Source of the DNA: Nemertoderma westbladi
Lineage: Eukaryota > Animalia > Xenacoelomorpha
Assembly (NCBI GenBank): GCA_032718475.1
Contig: JAUCBJ010006673.1
Coordinates: 1 to 55,807, forward strand
DNA: 55,807 nt
Direction of reading: 5' to 3'
This document shows positions 1 through 14,300 of the stretch, in pieces. The translations under genes were made by a program, and so were the position numbers. Position 1 is the stretch's first letter. The number at the start of each line of letters is the position of its first letter. The notes beneath the pieces were generated by a model that was given only the letters and a program-made list of their open reading frames with translations, had not been told where the DNA came from and made no database searches.

Positions 1-628
1 TACATAACTGTAAATAGTTATCTCGCACTCAGACTATACTGTGGTGTGAATTAAAATAACTTCATGTCTGTTTAGGGTCGAATAGGCCTACATTTATAGT
101 AAGTATACTGATGTGGGGCGAGCCACGATGCAGTGATTAGATATTTCTTACTCTAAACGGTAATAAATCGTGTATTAAATACATTTTTACTATAATAAAT
201 AATTAGTCGATATAGGCCCGACAATATCTTTAAAATGTGATTCGTTTTATTTACAGTGAAAGTGAAACAATAAGAGGTAAAGCATTTAGAAACCAAACCA
301 CAACATGTCGACTCACATTTAACTAAATGAAATACGAATTATTAAACTTCAGCTTAGCAGATTTAGCTTCAAGACCACAGTGGAATCCTGCTTTTTTCAT
401 TTTTCTTAGAATCCTAACAAAACTGTTTGAATTTGAAACCCACTGTAGCCCATACTGCAGTTTGGCCTCCTGACTTTTTACTCGCGCTTTCAATCTGTTG
501 CTCCAAGCGTTGAAACTGTGTTGGGGGCTTGATTTATTTTCGTTATTTGTTGATACTGGGGAAGAGCTAACGTTCCCATCTCTACTATAGGCCAATCTCA
601 CCGAAATAAGTAATTTTTACAAATTTCC

Positions 629-677
629 GGGGGAAATCGACGCAGATAACAGCTGATCACTCTCAAAAATGAAACTG
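629..677 (+). repeat. Dispersed ~50-70 bp repeat (copy 1 of 3; others at ~1506-1573 and ~6978-7043)
   Basis: Shared core gg(g/a)aaatcRacgcaRataacaRctgatYac...aaa...ctg(t) in all three places. Confidence 0.55.
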
Positions 678-755
678 CCAATCAAGCAAGCCGTCGTTTT
701 CCATTTCTGTTTAGTTCTCGCCATTGGCATTGTTACTTCATTCTGGCACTGGCTC

Positions 756-1361
756 TGTGGGGCGAGACACGTAGTCGGCGAGCCTTGGCATACGGTTCAT
801 ATAGGGCAAATGGGGCATGTCCGTCTGTCTGTCTGTCCGTCCGTCTGGTAAATGTTTGAACGCGAATATCTCGGCATTGCTGGTTCGGAATTGAACCAAA
901 CTTAGTAGGTAAGTAGTAGAGAGAAAGTTTGTAAAGTTTGGTGAAAAATCATGCAGTCTGACGTCAGCTACGACAGATTATGTGGTTTTTAGAAAATGTT
1001 AAATTTCTCGAGAAGGCCTCATTTTCCTGAGCTGAAATTTTGGTGGCCGGTAGAGAATCATGAAGTATATCTTTTACGAAATTGAAAAGTTAAGACATTT
1101 AATTGGGGATCCGCTAGAGACTCAGAAGTAATGACATAGGCCTACCGGTACGGTACTGCTATACAGTGCTGCACTGGTAAGTACGAAATTGCAGAATAAC
1201 AATTTGACACCACCTAGCGGATTAACATATGATTGTATGTAACGAATGAATACATTTATAGCATGGGATATGGGGTCCAAACTAGACATGCCCCATTTGC
1301 TCTATATGAACCGTATGCCAAGGCTTGCCGACTACGTGCTGCGCGAAGTCCCCACGAACGT
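756..1361 (+). mobile_element. Non-autonomous inverted-repeat element (MITE or DINE-1/HINE-like)
   Basis: 54-bp inverted repeats at 768-821 and 1285-1338 (52/54 identical). A (GTCY)n microsatellite (ccgtctgtctgtctgtccgtccgtctg) follows the left repeat, as in DINE-1/Helentron-associated elements. End motifs recur at 112-127, 39873-39900 and 51026-51050. Confidence 0.7.
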
Positions 1362-3112
1362 GTTTGTCTTTGCACGATAACTTCTATATATTTTTATTAA
1401 ATTGTGTAAAAGTAGGCCTACCGTTCCCTTTTGCAGCGATACGGCCTATTAAATAAATAACTTAAATTGACTTCTGGAACAATTTCAAAGTTCATCCCTC
1501 TCCATGGGTAAATAGTCACAAATAACAGCTGATTACTCCCAACAAATGAAACTGTTACCTGTACTATTGACTTACGTTTATTGTTTTGGTTATAATTTTG
1601 TCTAAATTATTAACAATTTGCTGCAGTAGGCTTAACTGCAGTTAGTTTCATAAATTAATAATTATTAAATGTTCAGAATCACGAAAATTGACATAACGTA
1701 AAAAAATTACAAACATCATTGTATGAAAAGGATGCCTTCTTATAGCTTCTAGATGCCATGTCAACTTTTCAGATTTGTTGTTAAAGTGTTTTTCATATCG
1801 CTTAGCTGTTGTGAAAGATCGCATATATCCAATAATCAATAAAGGAAATGTATAGGAAGCAATACTACTAATCTTCATCATTTTATTACACACCAATAAA
1901 TTCCGATGGATATCGCAGAGAGATATACCGAATTCTGGGAAAATCCGAATATGGGATGAAAGGATATTCTGTAATTCACGGAGGATACAACAATCATTGT
2001 AAACGAAAGGGAATTTTCAAATAAAATATTCAAAATTAAATTACTTGCATTGGACAGGAAACCATCATACATGAAATTAAAGATACAAAACAGGAATCAA
2101 ATATTAATGATATTAGGGGGATTGGCTTAGAGACATAAAAAAGTGAAATTGTGACAAACATTGTGACAACAATTTTTATTCTAATTCTTTGTGTACAGTA
2201 GGTTATATACATGAAAAAATGCCATGGTCCAAAAAATCTGACCATATTACTTGAATCTGACACTGACCATGAATATTTTCATGTTTATTTTTTTAGCAAC
2301 ATGGGTTTTACATAGCAACAAGGTAACTTTAGTGAGACTATCGATTGACTGAAACATGCACTTTTACATAGTTTCCTATTATTTTCCAGAGCAACGGAAA
2401 TGTGACTATTTATTTAATCAGTTGTATTATCATTTAGCTGGTAAAGTATAGGGAGTCTATTTACAAAACTTCTCGACTAAACGAGGGAATTTAACCCAAC
2501 CCATCAGATTACGACTTCAAAAACCCTTGTTCCCAAAAAATGTACTTGTTATATCGAAACGTATTGTCGTTTATAAACTAAAACAAATAAATAAATTACA
2601 CATTAAATGAATAGCGAAATCCCTATTGTTATGAGTAACTAAACTATCGTTTTTACTTAGTTGCTATGGTAATAAAAAAAATCGAAATATGCCATTAAAT
2701 TCTATTTCTTAATATCCAATATATTAATCTGCTATAAATTTTTAATTGACATATCTACTCTTAGAGCTGTTACTATGACAATTTTGCTATGTTTAAGAAC
2801 CTCTAAAAAACGAGTGCAACCGTTTGGTGAAGTCTACCCAAATTTTTTAATGTTCCTAGTCCTAATCCATCTCCACTTCTAGGTAACCTAGACAACCTAG
2901 TCCACCACCTCCTAGTCCACTACCACCAACACCAACACCTATAATACAGTAGTCCACTGCTACCTAGTCCGCTAGTCTACATCACCAACTCCAGTTACTA
3001 TCCACCGAACACCAAAAGTCTACGGTGGCTAATTTAGGCCAATAAATGTTGTAATTTGATATGAAACGCAGCAACATGCAGCCACATTAGTTTGCCACAT
3101 TTATTTCCTACA

Positions 3113-3225
3113 GTACTTTAATTTGAAACTTTTTCTATTTCCTACTTTAGTTTGAATCTTTTTCTATTTGATTCGCTATTGTTTGAAACTTTTTCTTTTT
3201 TCGACTTTAGTTTGAAACTTTTTCA
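3113..3225. repeat. Degenerate ~29-bp tandem repeat, ~4 copies
   Basis: Repeated (t)actttaRtttgaaactttttctattt-like units. Confidence 0.55.
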
Positions 3226-3370
3226 TCTCCAACAAAAAATGGAAACTAAATTGGCTTGAATCAGCCACCTTAAAAGATCACATTTCCGGCAAAGCAATTT
3301 CTTCACTCATATCGCTGAGTGGAAATGGTGGAAATAAAAACCTATTTTTATTCTAAAAGTAGGATCTACA

Positions 3371-3870
3371 GACCCCTGGGATATAAAGAAAGACCCTTGG
3401 GATATACTGATATACCCCTGGGATATAAAGAAAGACCCTTGGGATATACTGATATACCCCTGGGATATAAAGAAAGACCCTTGGGATATACTGATATACC
3501 CCTGGGATATAAAGAAAGACCCTTGGGATATACTGATATACCCCTGGGATATAAAGAAAGACCCCTGGGATATAAAGAAAGACCCTTGGGATATACTGAT
3601 ATACCCCTGGGATATAAAGAAAGACCCTTGGGATATACTGATATACCCCTGGGATATAAAGAAAGACCCTTGGGATATACTGATATACCCCTGGGATATA
3701 AAGAAAGACCCTTGGGATATACTGATATACCCCTGGGATATAAAGAAAGACCCTTGGGATATACTGATATACCCCTGGGATATAAAGAAAGAACCTTGGG
3801 ATATACTGATATACCCCTGGGTTATAAAGAAAGAACCTTGGGATATACTGATATACCCCTGGGTTATAAA
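3371..3870. repeat. 42-bp minisatellite (dimer of two 21-bp subunits), ~12 copies
   Basis: Alternating cccctgggatataaagaaaga / cccttgggatatactgatata units, with one doubled subunit near 3562. Confidence 0.95.
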
Positions 3871-6190
3871 GACCTGAGCCCTATTAATTAATTAATCTTT
3901 ATTATAAGGATTAATATTGTAATAAATTTTTCTAAAGCAAAATTTATTGTTTATGTGAATAAAAATTTATTGGCCTAAATCAGCTGTTGTAGTAATTTGT
4001 ATTTCAGGTATTTGTAATGAGTAAAGCTATCAGCTCAGGTTCTCAATTCAGCAATTGTTACAGGCTGACAGTGCAGGACCAGTAACTGCAGTACAACAGT
4101 ACAGCAGTACCGGTCCGCGGTCCGGTATTAATTCTGTAATTGTGTAAACCATGAAATTTAATCGGTTTCAGGTCCTGGCAGCCAGTTTGCAGTTAGGTCT
4201 TTATATAAACACAGAAACGGTACCGGTAGGCCAACTAACTCAGTACAGCAGTAACTGCTGAACCGAACCTCGAACCTGTGACTGTGAAGAGTGAAGTGAA
4301 CTGTAACAAAAAACATACAACTAATCAGATGACGTCAAACAACCCGCAAAGAATTGTTTTCTGCCGAAAAATTCATGATTTACGCTGCGCCGATCGTCCA
4401 ACATTCAGTTCTGATCAACAACTTAAGATCAGGTGTGTTATAATTAAACTGATTAACATTAACAGATTAAACATAGTACAGTACAGTAGTGCTGTAGTGG
4501 TGGCAGCCGCAGCCTGACAGCAGCAGCCTGGCAGCACCCCATTCATTACTGTGTACTGCATTAGGTAGTGGAATTATATGATCCCAGTCCCAGTACTCGG
4601 TACAGACAGGAGGACAGACAGACACAACTCGTGTCAGTCGTGTGGACTGTATGACATCTGACAATCCAATCCAATGGCATATACTGACAGACTGATATAG
4701 CTCTGACTGCGCACTCTGCTAGCTGGCTAGTGACTAATACAGTGATAAGGGATAGGAGACCAGACCGCAGACCCTCCTAATCCAGTAATCTGCCAGTCTG
4801 CTAATCCTGAAATCACTTAAACTGAAGTCACTCGACGTCCCCGGACGAGAGTCAGAGAGTTAGGAATATTGTAGAATAGAAAGGTAAATTTAAAACCAGT
4901 TTACAGGTTTAGCAGATACATTTCAGGATTAGCAGATTATGAGCCCTGGCAGCCTGGGGTTGGCTGGTTGGGGTATTTATTAGTCACTGGTCTGCTTTCT
5001 GCTAGTAAGTAGTACCTCTGACTGTCCGAAGTTCGTCGTACTGTAGTATCTTCCAACATAACCGACCACTTCCACCAGACTAAACAGCTAAACGCAACAC
5101 AAACACACTAACGCTTAATTAATTTCATAAATTGACTGAGGTGATAAATCTATGCAAAAGTACGGCATAAAGTACCGTATAGTTGTAATTATATAATGGA
5201 AGATTCGCTATCGCTAAATACAAAACATATAAGATTAAACGCAAACACACATCGGGCTTAATACCGTAATTATAGATAACGTTAAGCAAACTAATCAAAC
5301 TGTTGGGTAATTCATACTAATCCACTGAACAATTGTACCGCCCATTCTGCCATTGATAATATAATTTGCATTGCATTTCCCATTCCATCTACACACCTAG
5401 GTCCTAGGTAGACTCATTCATATGTTCCGCTCTCAATGTCACGATGTACTTTTATTTTCTTCGAAATTTGAAATTGTTTAATTTATCTATGTACTATTCT
5501 ATCATGTATCATTTCGTTTACGTTTACACACCGGTGTCTAGTTGTACCGGTACGATATTACCGTAACTAATATTTCCCCGTTAGGAAGTGGTTCTTGTAG
5601 GTACACGTTGTGTTCTCGTACAAAGACATGAATGCAACCGATATAGTACCGGTACCTTCTTTAGCTTTGAGCTTTATCTTTAGCTTTGATAATTCACTTT
5701 GTTTGTCATTAAATTATGTTAAATTTGTTTAATAAAATAAAATTACGTACTCCACAGCTCCAGGCTTGAGGTGTTAATATATATCATTTCATTATATTGC
5801 TCTATTATATTTTCTTATAACTGTATGTAAAGTAAAGTAGCACATTCAGTGTGATGATCTGAGTGGTTAGGTATACGAGCGGCCGTAGTGAGGAAGAGGA
5901 GCAGAAAAATGTAAAGTACATCGCCTAAAGTACGTATTTAGTTTTATTCAAACTTACACGACACGACTGCTGATGAAAAACCTCCAGATGGAGCTACCCC
6001 CACCCCTCCCCTACTTTTGATGAAATCAAAATCCTATCAGTCCACCTGTCTCAAAACAACAAAATTACAAAACGAACCGTCAAAAGATTACACTAAGAAA
6101 GGATCTTAAACATTGCCTTCTATCCTCCTCCCTTAAGTGGGTATTACAGAATACAGGGTAATTCAGTATAGTAGGCCTTGTTCGCGCGGT

Positions 6191-6343
6191 ATGACTTCCT
6201 GCAATCGCTTCCTTAAATTTTTTCGCACAGGAGATTATGACTCAGCATTACGACTGGTAGCCAATCGGAGTTGCTCAATAGATGAACGAAGTGAGAATAA
6301 CACAACGCCGTTGATGGTGGCTTGTTGGCTTGGACAACTGAAG
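6191..6343 (+). CDS. KIDINS220: KIDINS220/ARMS orthologue, first coding exon (start of ankyrin repeats)
   Basis: MTSCNRFLKFFRTGDYDSALRLVANRSCSIDERSENNTTPLMVACWLGQLK resembles the Kidins220 N-terminus (VDERNECGQTPLMIAAEQGNLEIV). Phase-0 donor AAG|gtcagc at 6344. An acceptor-like tttttcgcacag ending at 6230 means an upstream exon cannot be excluded. Confidence 0.8.
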
Positions 6344-8232
6344 GTCAGCCTCTATACTATATAATCTGCTGGTCTCTGTTTATACGATTATATCTCTAGA
6401 ATCGTCTAACGTAGGAAACTGCAACAGTTACGCAAGCAATACCAACGATTTGGTGAAGTTTCCTGTATTTCTATTTTATTAAATTTATATAATAATATAG
6501 AGGCTTCAAACATATATAAAATGGTTTTGTTTGGGGTGGTGATTAAATATGGGACGGATTTTATCACTATTTTTCATCCTATATTGATGCCATTTAATTG
6601 AACAAATATAACTTATGGTAGACATTATTGGGTAATCTTATTATTTAAGTCATTTTTAATGCTTTTTTAAGTGGCCTTTCTACCTTCGAGCAATAAATTT
6701 GTTAAATTCTTTAAAGTAGACAACAGCGTAAGTTTTCTAGCTCTATTTCTCGGATGTGTTTCACAGCGACAGATATGGGTGTAGCCAGGCGGATCTCTGC
6801 GTTGCATTCTTAAATAGTAGCTAAATGAGTAGCTTTAGGAATACTGCGGGGGTGGAGAGTATTATAGTACTGGGGGACCGGACTTGAAATAAGTCGTCAG
6901 ACTTTGTGCGTAATCGGTAATCCCAGGCCCAAATCCCGAAGAAAATTTACTTTTAATTTTTTTTATACCGCTCTAAGGGAAAATCAACGCAAATAACAAC
7001 TGATTACAACAAAAAATATAGCTGTAACCTGTTCTATTTACTTTAATAGATAATTTAACATTAAGACGAGATATTAATTCGCTGAGAAGGGATTTGCGTC
7101 CAATTAAGTTCTATAAAAGCAACAATATTCCTTCTAGAATAATAATTTTTAATAAAAGAAATGACAAACATACTTTCGTACAAATCATACATCATTAAAA
7201 TGAATGGCATTGAAACAATTTCAATTACCGTATTCCAAAATGTATTATTTCCATTTATATTAATGATTGCAGCTTATCCAGTTTGCAGTGAAGGGACTAG
7301 CTACTGTATGTAAATAATTGTTTAACGTGTAGTGTAATCCATTATGGCGAAACGTCCAATAGAAGACACTGAAATAACCAAAGAAAATGGCGACAGTGTT
7401 CAGGAAAACTGAACGGACACTGACAGTGAATAAGTTTGCTTCAGTCGACTGTCGATTAATGATTTATCACATCCATGCAGGAGATAAACTTCCAATAAAC
7501 TTTAATTAATTTTAAATGTATAATTAATACTGTGTACCTTACCTGAAAATATGTTTCACTTATATTCGATATAGTACATGATTAAAATGTATAAATGAGT
7601 ATCCATAAAATCCTTTCTTCACATACCGAACGGTGATAAGTTGACATAATGTAACAAAATTACATACATCATTGCTTGGAAAGGTTAAGTACTAATTTAA
7701 GAAATAATTTAGCGTATTACTTCTGAAAAAACCGTAGAACATTTTTTTCAATATTCTCTCGACCCTTTATTAACCTCGCTCACGCTCTTTAAATAAAATA
7801 CCTCGAGAATAGTGAACGAAATGTTCTACAATTTTTTCCCAAGTAATAAATAATTACTTGTCCCCAAAAGCAGACATTAATATTTATTAATAAATTAAAA
7901 GTTCCCGAGATGGAATTTGCGCCAAGCCCCCCCCCCCCCCCCCCCCCCTTCCTAGCTATCATTACTGAGATATAGCAAGTAATGTGCGACAGATCAGTGT
8001 AAATCTTATTCCTCACATTGAATCTACAGCTAAATTATTAAATATATGTTTCACTACAACAACTATACACATATTGTTTGAATCATGGTATCTTTGTCAT
8101 CAATTTATAAGTTAATCTACTCACAAAAAACTTTTCTCACATTTTTTGCCACTAATCGTCCCCACTAAGTAACGACCGATTGATTAAATATTTATTTTAT
8201 TAATAATGTTGAGTTAATATTTATCGCTTTAG

Positions 8233-8383
8233 ATTGTAAACGCTTTGTTGCTAAGAAACGCTTCGGTAAATTCCCAAGACAACGATGGTTGGACTCCTTT
8301 ACACTTCGCTGCCAAGGCAGGTCATCGTGATATTGTCGATGTTTTAGTGAACGAGGGAGCTGATATAGACCGTAAAGATATAG
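8233..8383 (+). CDS. KIDINS220: KIDINS220 exon 2 (ankyrin repeat)
   Basis: Acceptor ctttag|ATT. Translates IVNALLLRNASVNSQDNDGWTPLHFAAKAGHRDIVDVLVNEGADIDRKDI-G. Phase-1 donor ATAG|gttagt at 8384, compatible with exon 3. Not in the ORF track. Confidence 0.9.
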
Positions 8384-11300
8384 GTTAGTGAACAAGGGAG
8401 CTGATATAGACAGTAAAGATATAGGTAAGTGAACGAGGGAGCGGATACAGACCGTAAAGATATAGGTAAGTGAACGAGGGAGCGGATACAGACCGTAAAG
8501 ATATAGGTAAGTGAACGAGGGAGCGGATATAGACCGTAAAGATATTGGTAAGTGAACGAGGGAGCGGATACAGACCGTAAAGATATAGGTAAGTGAACGA
8601 GGGAGCGGATATAGACCGTAAAGATATTGGTAAGTGAACGAGGGAGCGGATATAGACCGTAAAGATATTGGTAAGTGAACGAGGGAGCTGATATAGACAG
8701 TAAAGATATAGGTAAGTGAACGAGGGAGCGGATACAGACCGTAAAGATATAGGTAAGTGAACGAGGGAGCTGATATAGACAGTAAAGATATAGGTAAGTG
8801 AACGAGGGAGCTGATATAGACAGTAAAGATATAGGTAAGTGAACGAGGGAGCGGATACAGACCGTAAAGATATAGGTAAGTGAACGAGGGAGCGGATACA
8901 GACCGTAAAGATATAGGTTAGTGAACAAGGGAGCTGATATAGACAGTAAAGATATAGGTAAGTGAACGAGGGAGCGGATATAGACCGTAAAGATATTGGT
9001 AAGTGAACGAGGGAGCTGATATAGACAGTAAAGATATAGGTAAGTGAACGAGGGAGCGGATACAGACCGTAAAGATATAGGTAAGTGAACGAGGGAGCGG
9101 ATACAGACTGTAAAGATATAGGTAAGTGAACGAGGGAGCTGATATAGACAGTAAAGATATAGGTAAGTGAACGAGGGAGCGGATACAGACCGTAAAGATA
9201 TAGGTAAGTGAACGAGGGAGCGGATACAGACTGTAAAGATATAGGTAAGTGAACGAGGGAGCTGATATAGACCGTAAAGATATAGGTAAGTGAACGAGGG
9301 AGCTGATATAGACAGTAAAGATATAGGTAAGTGAACGAGGGAGCGGATACAGACCGTAAAGATATAGGTAAGTGAACGAGGGAGCGGATACAGACTGTAA
9401 AGATATAGGTAAGTGAACGAGGGAGCTGATATAGACCGTAAAGATATAGGTAAGTGAACGAGGGAGCTGATATAGACCGTAAAGATATAGGTAAGTGAAC
9501 GAGGGAGCGGATATAGACCGTAAAGATATAGGTAAGTGAACGAGGGAGCTGATATAGACAGTAAAGATATAGGTAAGTGAACGAGGGAGCGGATACAGAC
9601 CGTAAAGATATAGGTAAGTGAACGAGGGAGCGGATACAGACTGTAAAGATATAGGTAAGTGAACGAGGGAGCTGATATAGACCGTAAAGATATAGGTAAG
9701 TGAACGAGGGAGCTGATATAGACCGTAAAGATATAGGTAAGTGAACGAGGGAGCGGATATAGACCGTAAAGATATAGGTAAGTGAACGAGGGAGCTGATA
9801 TAGACCGTAAAGATATAGGTAAGTGAACGAGGGAGCGGATATAGACCGTAAAGATATAGGTAAGTGAACGAGGGAGCTGATATAGACAGTAAAGATATAG
9901 GTAAGTGAACGAGGGAGCGGATACAGACTGTAAAGATATAGGTAAGTGAACGAGGGAGCGGATATAGACCGTAAAGATATAGGTAAGTGAACGAGGGAGC
10001 GGATACAGACCGTAAAGATATAGGTAAGTGAACGAGGGAGCGGATACAGACTGTAAAGATATAGGTAAGTGAACGAGGGAGCTGATATAGACCGTAAAGA
10101 TATAGGTAAGTGAACGAGGGAGCGGATATAGACCGTAAAGATATAGGTAAGTGAACGAGGGAGCTGATATAGACCGTAAAGATATAGGTAAGTGAACGAG
10201 GGAGCTGATATAGACCGTAAAGATATAGGTAAGTGAACGAGGGAGCGGATATAGACCGTAAAGATATAGGTAAGTGAACGAGGGAGCTGATATAGACAGT
10301 AAAGATATAGGTAAGTGAACGAGGGAGCGGATATAGACAGTAAAGATATAGGTAAGTGAACGAGGGAGCGGATATAGACAGTAAAGATATAGGTAAGTGA
10401 ACGAGGGAGCGGATATAGACAGTAGAGATATAGGTAAGTGAACGAGGGAGCGGATATAGACAGTAAAGATATAGGTAAGTGAACGAGGGAGCGGATACAG
10501 ACTGTAAAGATATAGGTAAGTGAACGAGGGAGCGGATATAGACAGTAGAGATATAGGTAAGTGAACGAGGGAGCGGATATAGACAGTAGAGATATAGGTA
10601 AGTGAACGAGGGAGCGGATATAGACAGTAAAGATATAGGTAAGTGAACGAGGGAGCGGATATAGACAGTAGAGATATAGGTAAGTGAACGAGGGAGCGGA
10701 TATAGACAGTAAAGATATAGGTAAGTGAACGAGGGAGCGGATATAGACAGTAGAGATATAGGTAAGTGAACGAGGGAGCTGATATAGACCGTAAAGATAT
10801 AGGTAAGTGAACGAGGGAGCGGATATAGACAGTAGAGATATAGGTAAGTGAACGAGGGAGCGGATATAGACAGTAAAGATATAGGTAAGTGAACGAGGGA
10901 GCGGATACAGACCGTAAAGATATAGGTAAGTGAACGAGGGAGCGGATACAGACTGTAAAGATATAGGTAAGTGAACGAGGGAGCGGATATAGACTGTAAA
11001 GATATAGGTAAGTGAACGAGGGAGCGGATATAGACAGTAGAGATATAGGTAAGTGAACGAGGGAGCGGATATAGACAGTAAAGATATAGGTAAGTGAACG
11101 AGGGAGCGGATATAGACAGTAAAGATATAGGTAAGTGAACGAGGGAGCGGATACAGACCGTAAAGATATAGGTAAGTGAACGAGGGAGCGGATATAGACA
11201 GTAAAGATATAGGTAAGTGAACGAGGGAGCGGATATAGACAGTAAAGATATAGGTAAGTGAACGAGGGAGCGGATATAGACAGTAGATATATAGGTAAGT

Positions 11301-14300
11301 GAACGAGGGAGCGGATATAGACAGTAGAGATATAGGTAAGTGAACGAGGGAGCGGATATAGACAGTAAAGATATAGGTAAGTGAACGAGGGAGCGGATAT
11401 AGACAGTAGAGATATAGGTAAGTGAACGAGGGAGCGGATATAGACAGTAGAGATATAGGTAAGTGAACGAGGGAGCGGATATAGACAGTAAAGATATAGG
11501 TAAGTGAACGAGGGAGCGGATATAGACAGTAGAGATATAGGTAAGTGAACGAGGGAGCGGATATAGACAGTAGAGATATAGGTAAGTGAACGAGGGAGCG
11601 GATATAGACAGTAAAGATATAGGTAAGTGAACGAGGGAGCGGATATAGACAGTAAAGATATAGGTAAGTGAACGAGGGAGCGGATATAGACAGTAAAGAT
11701 ATAGGTAAGTGAACGAGGGAGCGGATATAGACAGTAGAGATATAGGTAAGTGAACGAGGGAGCGGATATAGACAGTAAAGATATAGGTAAGTGAACGAGG
11801 GAGCGGATATAGACAGTAGAGATATAGGTAAGTGAACGAGGGAGCGGATATAGACAGTAGAGATATAGGTAAGTGAACGAGGGAGCGGATATAGACAGTA
11901 AATATATAGGTAAGTGAACGAGGGAGCGGATATAGACAGTAGAGATATAGGTAAGTGAACGAGGGAGCGGATATAGACAGTAGAGATATAGGTAAGTGAA
12001 CGAGGGAGCGGATATAGACCGTAAAGATATTGGTAAGTGAACGATGGAGCTGATACAGACAGTAAAGTTATAGGTAAGTGAACGAGGGAGCGGATATAGA
12101 CAGTAAAGATATAGGTAAGTGAACGAGGGAGCGGATACAGACAGTAAAGATATAGGTAAGTGAACGAGGGAGCGGATATAGACAGTAGAGATATAGGTAA
12201 GTGAACGAGGGAGCGGATATAGACCGTAAAGATATAGGTAAGTGAACGAGGGAGCGGATATAGACAGTAGAGATATAGGTAAGTGAACGAGGGAGCTGAT
12301 ACAGACAGTAAAGATATAGGTAAGTGAACGATGGAGCTGATACAGACAGTAAAGATATAGGTAAGTGAACGAGGGAGCTGATACAGACCGTAAAGATATA
12401 GGTAAGTGAACGAGGGAGCGGATATAGACAGTAAAGATATAGGTAAGTGAACGAGGGAGCGGATATAGACAGTAGAGATATAGGTAAGTGAACGAGGGAG
12501 CGGATATAGACCGTAAAGATATAGGTAAGTGAACGAGGGAGCGGATATAGACAGTAGAGATATAGGTAAGTGAACGAGGGAGCTGATACAGACAGTAAAG
12601 ATATAGGTAAGTGAACGAGGGAGCGGATATAGACAGTAGAGATATAGGTAAGTGAACGAGGGAGCGGATATAGACCGTAAAGATATAGGTAAGTGAACGA
12701 GGGAGCGGATATAGACAGTAGAGATATAGGTAAGTGAACGAGGGAGCTGATACAGACAGTAAAGATATAGGTAAGTGAACGATGGAGCTGATACAGACAG
12801 TAAAGATATAGGTAAGTGAACGAGGGAGCGGATACAGACCGTAAAGATATAGGTAAGTGAACGAGGGAGCGGATATAGACAGTAAAGATATAGGTAAGTG
12901 AACGAGGGAGCGGATATAGACAGTAGAGATATAGGTAAGTGAACGAGGGAGCGGATATAGACCGTAAAGATATAGGTAAGTGAACGAGGGAGCGGATATA
13001 GACAGTAGAGATATAGGTAAGTGAACGAGGGAGCGGATACAGACCGTAAAGATATAGGTAAGTGAACGAGGGAGCGGATATAGACAGTAGAGATATAGGT
13101 AAATGAACGAGGGAGCTGATACAGACAGTAAAGATATAGGTAAGTGAACGATGGAGCTGATACAGACAGTAAAGATATAGGTAAGTGAACGAGGGAGCGG
13201 ATACAGACCGTAAAGATATAGGTAAGTGAACGAGGGAGCGGATATAGACAGTAAAGATATAGGTAAGTGAACGAGGGAGCGGATATAGACAGTAGAGATA
13301 TAGGTAAGTGAACGAGGGAGCGGATATAGACCGTAAAGATATAGGTAAGTGAACGAGGGAGCGGATACAGACCGTAAAGATATAGGTAAGTGAACGAGGG
13401 AGCTGATACAGACAGTAAAGATATAGGTAAGTGAACGAGGGAGCGGATATAGACAGTAGAGATATAGGTAAGTGAACGAGGGAGCGGATATAGACCGTAA
13501 AGATATTGGTAAGTGAACGATGGAGCTGATACAGACAGTAAAGTTATAGGTAAGTGAACGAGGGAGCGGATATAGACAGTAAAGATATAGGTAAGTGAAC
13601 GAGGGAGCGGATACAGACAGTAAAGATATAGGTAAGTGAACGAGGGAGCGGATATAGACAGTAGAGATATAGGTAAGTGAACGAGGGAGCGGATATAGAC
13701 CGTAAAGATATAGGTAAGTGAACGAGGGAGCGGATATAGACAGTAGAGATATAGGTAAGTGAACGAGGGAGCTGATACAGACAGTAAAGATATAGGTAAG
13801 TGAACGATGGAGCTGATACAGACAGTAAAGATATAGGTAAGTGAACGAGGGAGCGGATACAGACCGTAAAGATATAGGTAAGTGAACGAGGGAGCGGATA
13901 TAGACAGTAAAGATATAGGTAAGTGAACGAGGGAGCGGATATAGACAGTAGAGATATAGGTAAGTGAACGAGGGAGCGGATATAGACCGTAAAGATATAG
14001 GTAAGTGAACGAGGGAGCGGATATAGACAGTAGAGATATAGGTAAGTGAACGAGGGAGCGGATACAGACCGTAAAGATATAGGTAAGTGAACGAGGGAGC
14101 GGATACAGACAGTAAAGTTATAGGTAAGTGAACGAGGGAGCTGATACAGACAGTAAAGATATAGGTAAGTGAACGAGGGAGCGGATATAGACCGTAAAGA
14201 TATAGGTAAGTGAACGAGGGAGCGGATATAGACAGTAAAGATATAGGTAAGTGAACGAGGGAGCGGATATAGACAGTAGATATATAGGTAAGTGAACGAG

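Noticed and set aside
323-601. 92-aa minus-strand ORF
   Set aside because: No recognisable domain, non-ATG start and no convincing exon boundaries; cannot be supported without a search.
3319-3891. 190-aa ORF of PLGYKER/PLGYTDI repeats
   Set aside because: By-product of a stop-free 42-bp minisatellite; GTG start, almost no synonymous divergence, no recognisable family.
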